Assembly (NCBI RefSeq): GCF_006345805.1
Contig: NC_043005.1
Coordinates: forward strand, 15,686,001 to 15,750,000
Reading direction: 5' to 3'
Length of the DNA: 64,000 nt
Origin: Octopus sinensis
Taxonomy: Eukaryota
Part shown: piece after piece, positions 26,763 through 39,796 of the stretch
How the letters are laid out: every line of letters starts with the position of its first letter
How positions within the stretch are numbered: position 1 is the stretch's first letter
Notes under the pieces: generated by a model
The model's input: the letters and a program-made list of their open reading frames with translations, nothing else
The model's database searches: none
Told to the model about the DNA's origin: nothing
Program-made: the position numbers and the translations under genes

Positions 26763-26798
26763 CTTTCTGTTGAAGAGCATACGCTCGAAACGTAAAAG
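26763..26798 (+). ncRNA. variant minimal hammerhead (CUGUUGA core)
   Basis: cttt CTGTTGA a GAGC atac GCTC GAAA CG TA aaag. Confidence 0.62.
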
Positions 26799-27059
26799 AC
26801 TCTCTCTGACGGCAAAAAGGGAGAAAAGAATGCCAAAAAGAAACAAGAAGCCCAAATTAAACATAAGGCGTACAGAGAGGAGATCATTCGGACACTCAAG
26901 AATACAAAGACATTCGTATCACGAACGAATTCCAGATGGATCTGCCGAATGACCTGGAGGGAGACCATGCAAACAATGTGCAGATTATGCTGATAGGATA
27001 AGAGCGGAAGGCGGTGAGATGGTCTGATTCAAGCTAGAAAGTGATTTCTCACCCTTGTG

Positions 27060-28230
27060 TGAGTCAGTGGCCCTTATATGTTGTATTTGAATATATGAAT
27101 TCTCAATGGTCTCTTCATCTGTGATTTCATTTTCTTAGTTTTTACATCAAGAGTGCTCACTACTAGCTGACACAAAATCAACTTGTTCATGCCCTTTATC
27201 CTTAAACTTCTCTTTTCAGACTTTGATATTTCTCAGAATTTTTACTCTTTCTTCTCACACTTTTTGTTGTACTCTAGCGTTTTTATATCAGATATTATTC
27301 ATTATCTTTTCATTTTAGTTGACACTAACAATGTGTGGTCTTGATCATACTGAATGTTGAAATCCCACAACACCTTAACATTTTCATTATCTTCCATTCC
27401 ATTAGGTTAAAGTTCTTAATGTTCATACCACCTATCAACTCTGATCAATTATATTCTCTACACAGTTTCGACCGAACTATGCATGCGATATTCTCTTGTC
27501 ACGTTTTGTATTCTCTTTGCGTTTTACAAACATAATATTTTACATAGGTTTATTTTAAATACTTGCTTTTGTGCACCACAGTTCAACACTTCATTTTCAA
27601 TATTTAACAACGATTTTTATATCCACGCCTGTGTCCCTTTCTTATCTTCAGTATTATTCATAATACGAACACTTTCTCTATTCTGTTTCTCTCTAGTTCT
27701 CCACTATCAATGCAGTCTGCATCTATTCAGGCCAGGGTTTTATAAACCAACCAATAGCTATTCTGAGCTTTTAGCTATCACTATCCCAAACTCTTTGCTT
27801 TGCTTCTCATAGTTTTCCTCCCAACGTATCAAATCTTTTCCTCTATTTTTCTTGGCAGGTAAAGCCCATGAAGGAAAACTTTCGGGTATAGTTTCCTATA
27901 AGCTGTCATCACTCCCAGAGTCTTTTGTCTTGCATTTGGAGTTCTTTCTCATTCCATTTGAATTTCTTTGCTTCATATCTTATTACTGATACCGCCCATA
28001 TATTTAGTGCTAATAAAATTTTTCTGCCGTTTAATTTTTGAATTTTAATGCCAGTTTTAATCTTCTATGTTATTCTTTCCCAAATTGTTCCTTCAATTCA
28101 ATCTTCCTCAACTTGTTGACTTCTAGTATTTTTTAGGATTTATATTCATTTTTCTCAACACCCTTCATTACTTCATTACCAGTTCTCGCTATTCCATCTG
28201 CTGATTCTAACTTTACTTTTTATTACTACA
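27060..28230 (-). pseudogene. R4/Dong-clade non-LTR retrotransposon 3' remnant
   Basis: minus-strand peptides NIWAVSVIRYEAKKFKWNEKELQMQDKR, WYEH, EDNENVKVLWDFNIQYD, EKYQSLKREV; many stops and frameshifts. Confidence 0.75.
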
Positions 28231-28933
28231 AGTACATTAAGGCAGCGAGTTGGCAGAAACGTTAACGCGTCGGGCGAAATGTTTAGCGGTATTTCGTCTG
28301 CCGTTACGTTCTGAGTTCAAATTCCGCCGAGGTCGACTTTGCCTTTCATCCTTTCGGGGTCGATAAATCAAATACCAGTTACGCACATGTGCGATGTATT
28401 TGTAATAATCATTTCTACAGTAGGCACAAGACCTGAAATTTGGGGGTGGGGGAATAATCGATTATATCAACCCCAGTGTTTTACTGGTATTTAATTTACG
28501 GACCCTGAAAGTATGAAAGGCAAAGTCAACATCGGCGAAATTTGAACTCACAACGTTGCGACAAGCGAAATACCTATTTCTTTACTACCCACAAGGGACT
28601 AAAGCATTTAAAAACGTCGTTGAGTTCTTAACCGAAGAAAAAAGTGTTCGTAATCAATCCTTCCAGTCCCGTCAACCACACAGTCTGTTTGGTAATAGCT
28701 ACTAAACAGTGAAACATCGCCTGCGCCACCTTGTTAAAGGTGGATGGTGGAGCAATTCTTACGACAGACTAGACTGATAGCCGGATCCGTCCAACATGCA
28801 ACTACATACAGGGGCTGGACAAAATAATGGAAACACCTTAGAATTTCACACAACTTTATTTTAATATGACACTTTAACAAGAGACGAAAGGTAAAACTAA
28901 CTTCAGTGGGATTTGAACCCAGAACGTGAAGAT

Positions 28934-28992
28934 CTGAGAGAAATACTGCAAAGCTTTTTGTTCGACGGTCTAACGATTCTGCCAGCTCGCCG

Positions 28993-29023
<31 letters not shown>

Positions 29024-29042
29024 GCTGCAGCTGCTACTGCTG

Positions 29043-29107
<65 letters not shown>

Positions 29108-29126
29108 GCCACCGCCGCCGCCGCTG

Positions 29127-29166
<40 letters not shown>
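28934..29166. repeat. (ACT)n/(GCT)n microsatellite next to a degenerate SINE
   Basis: direct reading. Confidence 0.85.
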
Positions 29167-29168
<2 letters not shown>

Positions 29169-30416
29169 GTTGTTGTTCTTTTTGTTGTATTGTACGTTGA
29201 AGTAAATGGATGTCTTCAATATATCCATAGATACGCAAAGAAAGCAATTTTTAACCGGATTATCTTATCAAAACAACAAAAAATACTTTTAGTTTCAGTT
29301 TTACCGGGAGAACAAAGGAAGTTTGTCTTTAAGATTTCTAAAACAGTTTACACATTTTTTTTTTACTAGTAGCCACTTGACCACTTGGCCTTAACAAGAA
29401 AAGCTGCTCACAACAGTAATAGTAACAGTAATGTAAAAAGTAAACACGTTCCCAAATTATTTACAAATGGAAAAAAAATCAAACACAGAGCCGGAACTTG
29501 TATAAAGAATAGAACATTGATAAGAGTGAAAAATAAAACAGTGTAAATAGCAATAACAATGCCAACAATGGCATTTCACCATTTACAAAAATTGCGGCTG
29601 ATAAGAGCGATTTGAGACAGTTCCAGAGAGTAGAGAAGGTGTGGGCGAGGTACGTTACTTAAAACCAGCACCTCACTGCTCAGCTAATTAATCCAGGAAA
29701 GAACGTGGCGGAGGGTCTTCCATATTTTCTTGAAAGAGAAGTATGAAAAGTCCTGGTTAGTGTTTGGCAAAATCAACGGTATTATATCAATGGTGGTAGA
29801 GTATATGTAAGTTTGTCTCTAGTTTTTTTTTTATGTCCTCAGATATAACTGGACACAGTGAGAAAAGATAATTTGGGCGTTACACATCTACCCAAAGGTT
29901 AGTACCATACTACATGGATTTCAAGAACACTAGAGATCAAAGCCAAAGATTGCTTAAGACATCGAATATTTGCTTCTTGTCAGCTTTGTGTAACAATACG
30001 GGTTCGTGGTGAGAGCAGAATTAAATTTCAGCAAAACGTAGTTTATTTAAGTATGTATAGACATTAGGGATCTTTTAATGTCAAATGATCATAAAACCAA
30101 AAACCTCATTGAGGGATAGGCTGTGTAAGGTAGAAAGCTCACTAAACAGAAGCAACAAGGAAAAAAAATGAAGCAATTAAAACCAAACTAATAATTATTC
30201 TGGCAGGTTTAACGACGTATTTAACGACCGGACGTTTCAATCAGCAAGCCATTAATATGTTTTTTTCGTGAGGCTGTCATCGACATGCTTTTTTGCAATG
30301 CCAACAGGACAATCGAAAGAGCTTACTATTGCACTGGTATGTCAGTGGGTCAAATTATCACGAAGAACTATTAGAATAGCAATAATAGCTTAGATGCTTA
30401 GCTATTGGTTATTGAG

Positions 30417-30645
30417 GGCGGCGAACTGGCAGAAACGCTAGCACGCCGGGCGAAATGCGTGGCCGTATTTCGTCTGTCGTTACGTTCCGAGTTCAAATTC
30501 CGCCGAGGTCGACTTTGCCTTTCATCCTTTCGGGGTCGATAAATTATGTACCAGTTATGCACTGGGGTCGATGTAATCGACTTAATCCGTTTGTCTGTCC
30601 TTGTTTGTCCCCTCTGTGTTTAGCCCCTTGTTGGTAGTAAAGATA
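30417..30645 (+). mobile_element. SINE family A, full length
   Basis: full consensus; flanking duplicated AATAGCTTAGAT..ATTGGTTATT. Confidence 0.9.
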
Positions 30646-31399
30646 ATAATAGCTTAGATATTGGTTATTACGGAATCAGTAATGCAATGGATGGTTCTGA
30701 AGATAAATTCCTCTATGGAAACAACGAGGACCCCAAAACAATTAGTAATTAATACTTAATGGGCTGTAAAATAATACAGAATTTTCATTTGTTACACGCT
30801 CGAGTAACATATTTACTATTGAAGTGCAGTCGATAAAAGAGTCAATATCTTAATTTTATTTATTTATATCTATTTTTATTGGCTCTTTCCCTCTCACACT
30901 TTCACTCACTGGATATAAGGAGGTCGCGGGCGCACCACTGATCTCCATAGTGTATGGTGGCGGTCAATAGAGTACTGTACTCAGGTACTCTTGACTTGGC
31001 AAGGGTAGTGGGAATGTAAACAATTTCTCTGGACAGTTCCAATTAGCGGTATGTTAAAATTTTTTTAGCGGTGAATAGGTTGTAGCTAATGCATAACTGT
31101 TTTGTCACAAATTAGATAATTTTTTATAAACTACATCTATGATGATACCGTTGATCGCCAAAATTATTTTTACTAAAACATAGCTTACTATATTTATAAA
31201 GGCCAGGTCTTATCACTCGTAACTTATGAGTTAAATGGTAATTTTACAATTATTCCTTTTATGATTAATATTATCATTGTTTTATTTCTCAGAGCGCTCG
31301 ATCTTGTTTGCTCTGATAGATTCTGTGAGAGCGGACAGCAGGCTGCTGTCAGAGGTCTCACAGGGTCTCTTTCCGCACATTATAAGGTTTGATACTTGG

Positions 31400-31670
31400 T
31401 TGTTTATTATCGTGGGAGACATTCAACTTCCAAGTGTCAATCTTAAAACCCTAGCTGTCCCTAGCAGCGCAGTTTTTTGGGGGCTTGTTCTGCTCTCATG
31501 TAAATTCCGATTTCTCTGACATACATCTCGAACTTGGTTGTTAGTGTTCCGAGTGCCCCTATTGCTAGAATGTGGACTGTGAGGACACTCTCCTCACAGT
31601 CCACATTCTAGCAATTTCGTCTTATAGTAGTCTGTACTTTTCAATGTTTTCTAGTTCTTTGTCACTTGGT
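31400..31670 (-). pseudogene. R4/Dong-type endonuclease C-terminus
   Basis: KELENIEKYRLL*DEIARMWTVR...AIGALGTL...KTALLGTARVLRLTL. Confidence 0.75.
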
Positions 31671-31672
31671 TA

Positions 31673-31831
31673 ATATTTATAGGATTGAGGTAACTCCACC
31701 AGAAGATATAGAAGCAAAAAAACCTGTGGAAGACACACGAGATGTCGAAATATCGTTCACTTGATGACAGTTGCACTCTTCTTTTTTTGCTTCTATATCT
31801 TCTGGAGGAGGTTCCTCAATTCTATAAATAT
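31673..31831. mobile_element. small MITE-like element, about 49-bp IR
   Basis: ATATTTATAGGATTGAGG...GAAGCAAAAAA matched by its reverse complement at about 31783-31831. Confidence 0.7.
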
Positions 31832-31845
31832 CATCATCATCACCA

Positions 31846-31910
<65 letters not shown>

Positions 31911-32119
31911 GAGGTGGCATGTTGGCAGAAGTGTTAGCACGCTGGACAAATTGCTTAGCGGCTTTTCGTGTTCATGTTCTGGGTTCAGATTGCGTTGAGG
32001 TTGACTTTGCCTTTCATCCTTTCGGGGTCGATAAAATAAGTCGTGCCTTGGGGTCGATGTAATCAACTAGACCTTCTCGCCGCCCGCCAAATTTGAGGTC
32101 TTGTGCCTAATAATATAAA

Positions 32120-32154
<35 letters not shown>

Positions 32155-32592
32155 GAGTGAGAGAGCAGTGCATGCCATCAAACTGACACTGGGGTAAAAT
32201 ATACGAAGCCCAGTATACCCTTCATGACTACCCATCTGCTAAGGGTACACTAGGCACATGCATCACAACCATATGTGCGCGACATGGTGATCTCATATCA
32301 AGATAAAAGCACATGACCTTGCAGGTGGGGCCCAGTTAGAATTTTCTTCAGGTCGAGTAGCCCATCCTGCTCAAAAGGTCCCTGAATAAGGGTTGCTTTA
32401 GGATGTTGAACGAACCACCCATGTTTTCAGAGGGGAATTATTCAAACCCCAAAGAATCCCTCTCAACACATGGCTATGATGCTCCCCCACTACTTCTGCT
32501 CGTGATCAGAGATGCACATATCGTCAGCCACTAAGGGACATGCTCAACTGGTTAAGGTCAAACAACTGACAAGCGAATCTGTGGTATTGAGC

Positions 32593-32594
<2 letters not shown>
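32155..32594 (-). mobile_element. non-coding repeat inserted in (TAA)n; second copy at 63803-64000
   Basis: (TTA)n on both sides; homologous copy at the window end; strand assumed. Confidence 0.75.
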
Positions 32595-32625
<31 letters not shown>

Positions 32626-33257
32626 TTTTTTTTTTCTTCTCTTGTTTGTACAACTTTGTCTTGTTCTTCCCCACGTGGTTTTTATACATGAATGTAAAAG
32701 AGACGGTGTTGTTAATTCAGAAAGTAATATGAATGTTATTATTTTGTAATTACATGTGTGTGTGTGCATCTGTATGTGTGCGTGTGAGGTGAGGGTAGGG
32801 TGGGCGCTTCAACAAGCTTCTTGAAAGAAAAATGATTGTGAAAATAGACTAATACCGATGTAGTAAGTGTGAATATTGTACAAGTTTCTTCCAGAAATTG
32901 GCAAATTGACAGAACCACTTCTGTTCTCTCTCGCTCTCTTTCTCTCTTTCTCAGTCTCTATCTCTCCGTTTCACTCTCCCTCTCTTCTTGTTTCTGTCTG
33001 TCTCTCTCTCTTTGAGCTGTAAGTACATATTTTATTGTTTCGACAGCATTCAGTATGGTTCCTTTCGATTACTGTTTAGAGAAAGGGCTAGTGGTGAGGA
33101 GGGTGGTGGTGGTCGTCGTAGTGAGAGTGGTGCTGATTCTGGTGTGGAGGTAGTGGTGAGAAAGTGGCAAGGTGGCAGTGGTGGTGGTGTTGGTGTTGGG
33201 ATAAAATGGTTATATAATTGGGTGATAGGGTGTTGGGGTGATATATATATATATATA

Positions 33258-33294
<37 letters not shown>

Positions 33295-33300
33295 ATAATT

Positions 33301-33342
<42 letters not shown>

Positions 33343-33370
33343 TTATATATATATATATAATTTATATTAA

Positions 33371-33402
<32 letters not shown>

Positions 33403-33472
33403 ATGTATATATATATGTATATTATAAAATATATATTATATATATATTATATATATTATATGTAATATATAA

Positions 33473-33514
<42 letters not shown>

Positions 33515-33515
33515 G

Positions 33516-33546
<31 letters not shown>

Positions 33547-33738
33547 CACACACACCCACACACATATATATATATCATAAGAGGCGGTGGACTGACAGAA
33601 ACGATCTGGAGAAAATGCTGTTGTGGTATTTAAATTCAGAGTTAAAATCCTGCCGAGGTCGACTTTGCTTTTCATCAGTTCAGGTTCGATGAAATAAAGT
33701 ATCAATCAACTGGTGGGTTTAATTTAATTTACTGATAC

Positions 33739-33914
33739 CGGAGTGGCTGTGTGGTAAGTAGCTTGCTTACTAACCACAATGTTCCGGGTTCAGTCCTACT
33801 GCGTTGCACCTTGGGCAAGTGTCTTCTACTATAGCCTCGGGCCGACCAAAGCCTTGTGAATAGATTTGGTAGACAGAAACTGAAAGAAGCCCGTCGTATA
33901 TATGTATATTTATG

Positions 33915-33947
<33 letters not shown>

Positions 33948-34172
33948 CTATATGTTTGTGTGTCTGTGTTTGTCCCCCGCCTAACATCGCTTGACAACTG
34001 ATGCTGGTGTGTTAACGTCCCTGTAACTTAACGGTTCGGCAAAGAGACCGATAGAATAAGTACTGGGCTTACAAAGAATAAGTCCTGTGGTCGATTTGCT
34101 CGACCAAAGGCGGTGCTCCAGCATGACCACAGTCAAATGACTGAAACAAGTAAAAGAGTAAAAGAGTAAAGA
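33739..34172 (+). mobile_element. SINE family B
   Basis: near full consensus with (AAAGAGT)n tail. Confidence 0.88.
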
Positions 34173-35163
34173 GTATCTCTTTTAATATAGAGATTTAAAT
34201 TGAAAATCCCAAATGAAACTTCCGAGAGCTGTTTGCGCTTTGAGGGCAAATAGAAGTGTAAAATTCCCCAACGGTTATTCTATTCTCTTGATAAGCAGCG
34301 ATAATTTGTCTTGTTGCTTTTGAATAGTTTACTCATGGAACTATGCCACGCAAATCCCATAGTTAACGTACCGTAAATCCTCGAGTATAATCCGCATTTT
34401 CCCCCAAATTTAAAGGTCAAAATCCCAAGTGCGTACTATATACGAGGTTAAAAATGAAAAATGTTTTCTAAGCAATGTCCGAGTTTCTATTTGCTGTCCA
34501 GCAATGTTTATTCAGACGCATTTTGTGATGTCGGGCACAAAAATACCTTAAGCTAAGCCTCTTAAATGAATCATCCATAACTTGCAGTAAGCAACATTTA
34601 TTAAAATAAAAGTATTAAGAACACAGAATAACAATTAAATGTCCACTCTATTCTTGCTCAGCTTTAGGTCTGTCACAGTTGGTTAACAGATAATAAAAAA
34701 GTGAAATTGGACCAGTGCGTGTATTTATAATCGACCGTTCCGAGGCGCAGGCGTGGCTGTGAGGTAAGAAGCTTGCTTAGTGCCTCATTTTGTTTTTGCT
34801 ATTGAATATTGTGGACAATGTGAGAGGTTTGTTGCCTCATGAATGTATTATAAAAGATCAATGTTCTCGGGTAAACAACGATCGGTGGGCGTCGCTTGTT
34901 GCCCTTATTAATCATCATTTTCATTTTTCATTTCATATAACATTATATCTATGTCCAGCTCGCAGCTTCTTTTCTCTATGTAAGGCCTTTGTGGCCAGTA
35001 TAATGAATAAAGAAGCTTGCTTCCCAGCCAAGTGGCACCTGGGCAAGTAACCTTCTACTATAGCCCGCGGGCTGACCAAAGCCTTGTGAGTGGATTTGGT
35101 AGACTGAAACTGAAAGCAGCTCGTCGAATATATATGTAAGTATATATATATATTATATATATA

Positions 35164-35207
<44 letters not shown>

Positions 35208-35954
35208 ATACTTATATATACTTATTTATATATAATGTGTGTGTGTGTGTCTGTGTCTGTGTTCATTCCCCCATCACCACGTGACAACCGGTGTTGGTGT
35301 GTTTACGTCCCCATCAGCTAGCAGTTCGGCAAAATAGACGGATAGGTAAAGTACCACGCTTAAAAAAAATAAATACTGGGGGGGGGGGATTCATTCGACT
35401 AATAATTCCAGGCGGTGCCCCAGTATGGCCGCAGTCTAATGACTGAAACAGATTTAAAAAAAAAAGACATATACATATATATATATATAAAAACAAAAAG
35501 AAAAACAAACAGTAATTAGTTATCGTCAAATATTATCTTTTCATTTAACACCAAGATAACTTCAATTTTTTTCCAATCAATAAAAACTCCCCACCCACAA
35601 TTTATAGCCTCCTGCATACGTTACAAATCATTAATCATTAATCACTCTCGCCCAAATTTAATCATAATTCAGCTGTCTATGTTCCCAGATATTAAATATG
35701 CTGACGGTCACTGTTTATATAAAGTTTTGTCTAGTCTTAACTTGTGTGTTAACCAGCTGCAGAAACAGGAAGTCTCTTAAACCTGTCGGTTGGCTGCAGA
35801 TGAAGGATGATGGTGGTGGTATATCCAGTGTATTCTAGTAGTGGTTGTGGTGGAAGTGGTGGTAGTGGTGGTTGTAGTTGTGGCAGTGGTGGCAGTGATG
35901 GCGGCGGCGGTGGTGGTGATGGTAGTGGTGGCGGTAGTGACATGATGATGATGA

Positions 35955-36790
35955 CGGCTGCGAGTTGGCAGATACGTTAGTACAACGGGCGAAATACATC
36001 GCGGTATTTCTTCTGCTGTTACGCTCTGAGTTCAAATTCCGCCGAGGTCCACTTTGAATTTCATCCTTTCGGGGTCGATAAAATAAGTACCAGTTACGTA
36101 CTGGGTTCGATGTAATCGACTTAACCCCTTTTTCTGTCCTTGTTTGTCTCCTCTGTGTGTAGCCTCTTGTGGGCAGTAAAGAAATAAGAAACGTTAGCAC
36201 GCCGGGCGAAATGCTTTGCGGTATTTCGTCTGCGGCTACGTTCTGAGTTCAAATTCCGCCGAGGTCGACTTTGCCTTTCATCCTTTCGGGGTCGATTAAA
36301 TAAGTACCAGTTACGCACTGGGGTCGATGTAATCAACTTAATCCGTTTGTCTGTCCTTGTTTGTCCTCTCTGTGTTTAGACCCTTGTGGGTAGTAAAGAA
36401 ATAGGTATTTCGTCTGCCGTTACGTTCTGAGTTCAAATTCCGCCGAGGTCAACTTTGCCTTTCTTCCTTTCGGGGTCGATAAAATAAGTACCAGTTACGC
36501 ACTGGGGTCGATGTAATCGACTTAACCCCTTTGTCTGTCCTTATTTGTCTCCTCTGTGTGTAGCCCCTTGTGGGCAGTAAAGAAATAAGAAACGTTAGCA
36601 CGCCGGGCGAAATGCTTAGCGGTATTTCGTCTGTCTTTGCGTTCTGAGTTCAAATTTCCCCGTGGTCGACTTTGCCTTTCTTCCTTTCCGGATCGATAAA
36701 TTAAGTACCAGTTGCGTACTGGGGTCGATCTAATCGACTGGCCCCCACCTCCAAAATTTCGGGCCTTGGGCCTAAAGTAGAAAAGAATAT
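35955..36790 (+). mobile_element. head-to-tail tetramer of SINE family A
   Basis: four cores; junctions AAAGAAATA|AGAAACGTTAGC (twice) and AAAGAAATA|GGTATTTCG. Confidence 0.9.
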
Positions 36791-37144
36791 ATTCTGGTGG
36801 TAGTTGTGGTGGCAGTGGTGGTGGTGGTGGTGGCGGTAGTCACAATGTTGGTGATGACAATGATGACGACGTTACACGATGTCGATGATGTTGATGATGA
36901 TGGTAATAATGGTGATGATGGTGTGGATGACAACAGCGAGAAAAGTGATAACGGTTTCAAATTTTGGCTCTGGACAAGCAGTTTTGAGGGGATTACATCA
37001 CGCCCAGAATATGACTGGTACTCGGACTGTTCCATTTAAGAGTTAAGCGCCTTACCCATGAACATATAAATAACCCGCCACCGACAAACAGCAGTTATTT
37101 ATAGTTACATGAACCGCTTCATATGAACGCTAAATACTATATAG

Positions 37145-37530
37145 TGGAGGCGCAATGGCCCAGTGGTTAGGGCAGCGGACTCGCGATTGTAGGATCGCGG
37201 TTTCCATTCCCAGACCGGGCGTTGTGAGTGTTTATTGAGCGAAAACACCTAAAGCTCCACGACGCTCCGGCAGGGGATGGTGGTGATCCCTGCTGTACTC
37301 TTTCACCACAACTTTCTCTCACTCTTACTTCCTGTTTCTGTTGTACCTGTATTTCAAAGGGCCGGCCTTGTCACTCTCTGTGTCACGCTGAATATCCCCG
37401 AGAACTACGTTACGGGTACACGTGTCTGTGGAGTGCTCAGCCACTTACACGTTAATTTCACGAGCAGGCTGTTCCGTTGATTCGGATCAACCGGAGCCCT
37501 CATCGTCGTAACCGACGGAGTGCTTCCATC
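37145..37530 (+). mobile_element. SINE family C, full length
   Basis: near identical to 61369-61752; flanking duplicated AAATACTATATA. Confidence 0.9.
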
Positions 37531-37694
37531 CATTCCAAATACTATATACACCATGGGCATATATAGCAGTAAACTTTACTATCCCATAATATTTCATTAC
37601 ATTTAAGTAGACTTGTTCATTTGTGAGCAGAATGTCGTGACCATAAATATGGCGTGAATTCTACTATGAACAGGGTATCTTTGCACGTATGTGC

Positions 37695-38082
37695 TCTTTT
37701 ACTCTTTATACTTGTTTCAGTCATTTGACTGTGGCCATGCTGGAGCACCGCATGTAGTCGAGCAAATCGACCCCAGGACGTATTCTTTGTAAGCCCAGTA
37801 TTTATTCTATCGGTCTCTTTTGCCGAACCGCTATGTTACGGGGATGTAAACACACCAGCATCGGTTGTCAAGCGATGTTGGGGGGACAAACACAGACACA
37901 CAAACATATACATACACATACACACACATATATATATATACATATATATGACGGTCTTCTTTCAGTTTCCGTCTACCAAATCCACTCACAAGGCTTTGGT
38001 CGGCCCGAAGCTATACTAGAAGACACTTGCCCGAGTTGCCACGTGGCTGGTAAGCAAGCTACTTACCACACAGCCACTCCTA
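37695..38082 (-). mobile_element. SINE family B
   Basis: reverse complement match. Confidence 0.88.
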
Positions 38083-38900
38083 CGTATATATGTGTTGTAT
38101 TTGGAGTCAATGCATGTGCAGATTAGTGTTTCGTTTTATGTATATCTACTTACAGCTGTTGTTCAGCCTCAGATCAGCCGTAATTGAATGCTCAAAGGCA
38201 TTCCAGTGATTACCGAGTTGTCCTTTTCTACATCTAGGATTATATTATATAAATATACCCTTTACTTTACAAAATGGTAGCGTATAGATTTAAGGAAATT
38301 TGGCTATTGTTTCGAGTAAATCAAGTGATTGCATTGAAGCTTTGCAATTGGTTTGGGTCCCTTCGGTTGTTTAGCCACTGGCTAGTCACCACTGAGTAAA
38401 ACAAAGATCAAATACGTTCAAGCCACGATCCAAAACAAGCTGTGTTGTTTAGATCTAGGTCAAGTTGTGTTGTTAAAATCTACGATCAAGGACATTCTAT
38501 CTCGTTGTCTAATGTCGTTCTTTTTTTCCGACAGAAGCTAAGTCATATAGAATTCACTTCTATGTCTACGGCACAGAAACGGATTCTTCCATTAGATGGT
38601 AGGTACCTAATTTCAGCTACGTAGACTGGTCCATTTGCGACGAAGTGTCTTGTCTGTGGGAATATCACTGCACTTACGTCCAGATAAGAACTACTGAAGC
38701 ATTGGTTACCAAGAAGACACACAATCTACTACACTGACAATAAATTGGGTTTTTTCTTTCTTCAACAAAATATTGTTATCCTCCTTCCGAAATTTAATTC
38801 TAAGTTTCACATTTCCCTTCTTTCTTTTTTCGATCCTTTCCTTTTTTACTTGCTATATTTTCCTTATCGATCATTTATCATTTTGTATTAATTAAATAGC

Positions 38901-38962
<62 letters not shown>

Positions 38963-39005
38963 CCCCCTCCCTCCCCCTCTATATATATATGTTAATTGTT
39001 AAGGC

Positions 39006-39078
39006 ACGGTTGCTGATGAAGATTCGCCTAGCAAATTATTTAATTTACTAAAATAATCCGAAACCTAGGTATGACCGT
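39006..39078 (+). ncRNA. type I minimal hammerhead in a (TA)n-flanked element (about 38991-39222)
   Basis: ACGGTTG/TGACCGT stem I; CTGATGA 39013-39019; stem II (A)GATT/AATC(C) with A-C at the first pair; GAAA 39060-39063; palindromic CCTAGG; GUA ending 39071. Confidence 0.78.
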
Positions 39079-39796
39079 AAATAATAACAAGGTAAAAGTT
39101 TTTATTTTTCATTCCCTTCGAAAATTGCTCTTAAAATGTGGTTTTGGTCGTTTTGACTGCTTCTTCTAGCGTTTAAAAATTACCTATTAAAGGTAGTTTT
39201 CTCTTGTGCTAAGTGTACACTATTATATATATATATATATAATATACATATGTGTGCATGCATACAATTTTCAGGTTTTATCTTTTAAATTTCCCTCTAA
39301 TGAAGAAATGAAGAAAAAGACGGTTTCTAGAGAAGAAATGATATTCTTTCAACAGAATTTAAACACGATTAACAGAATAGTTGTGCAAGTAATGTATGTG
39401 CATAAATGTAAGGTTTGTATGTAAGGTACGTATGTACAAGAATACGTAAGCTATGTATATAATGTATGTATGCATGCACAAACGTATTCATACACACACA
39501 TGCAAATACATATATATGCATGTGAGCACATAGATGAATAATGGATCTTATTGCATCTCTGTATATGCTTATATATACGTACGTAATTATGTATCTATAT
39601 ATATGTATATATATGGTTATAGATACTTAAAGATATATTATACAACCAAATGCATTGTTAATAGAAAAATAGACACAAATATTCTCAAGGACGTCTTAGT
39701 CAGAAAACATCCTGTTTCAATAAAAACGACAAACCAAGCAACTCATCTTCAAGTACTGTTTGAAGCTATAAGAACACTGAATGTCTACTTATACAT

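Noticed and set aside
26770-27030. Possible host exon
   Set aside because: Resembles a decayed RTE C-terminus (GRP motif) with stops; no splice support.
29640-30330. Tc1-like transposase traces (also about 19872, 28810, 34370, 55100)
   Set aside because: Too decayed to delimit by eye.
37145-37220. tRNA gene-like sequence
   Set aside because: Continues into a multicopy SINE body; it is a SINE head.
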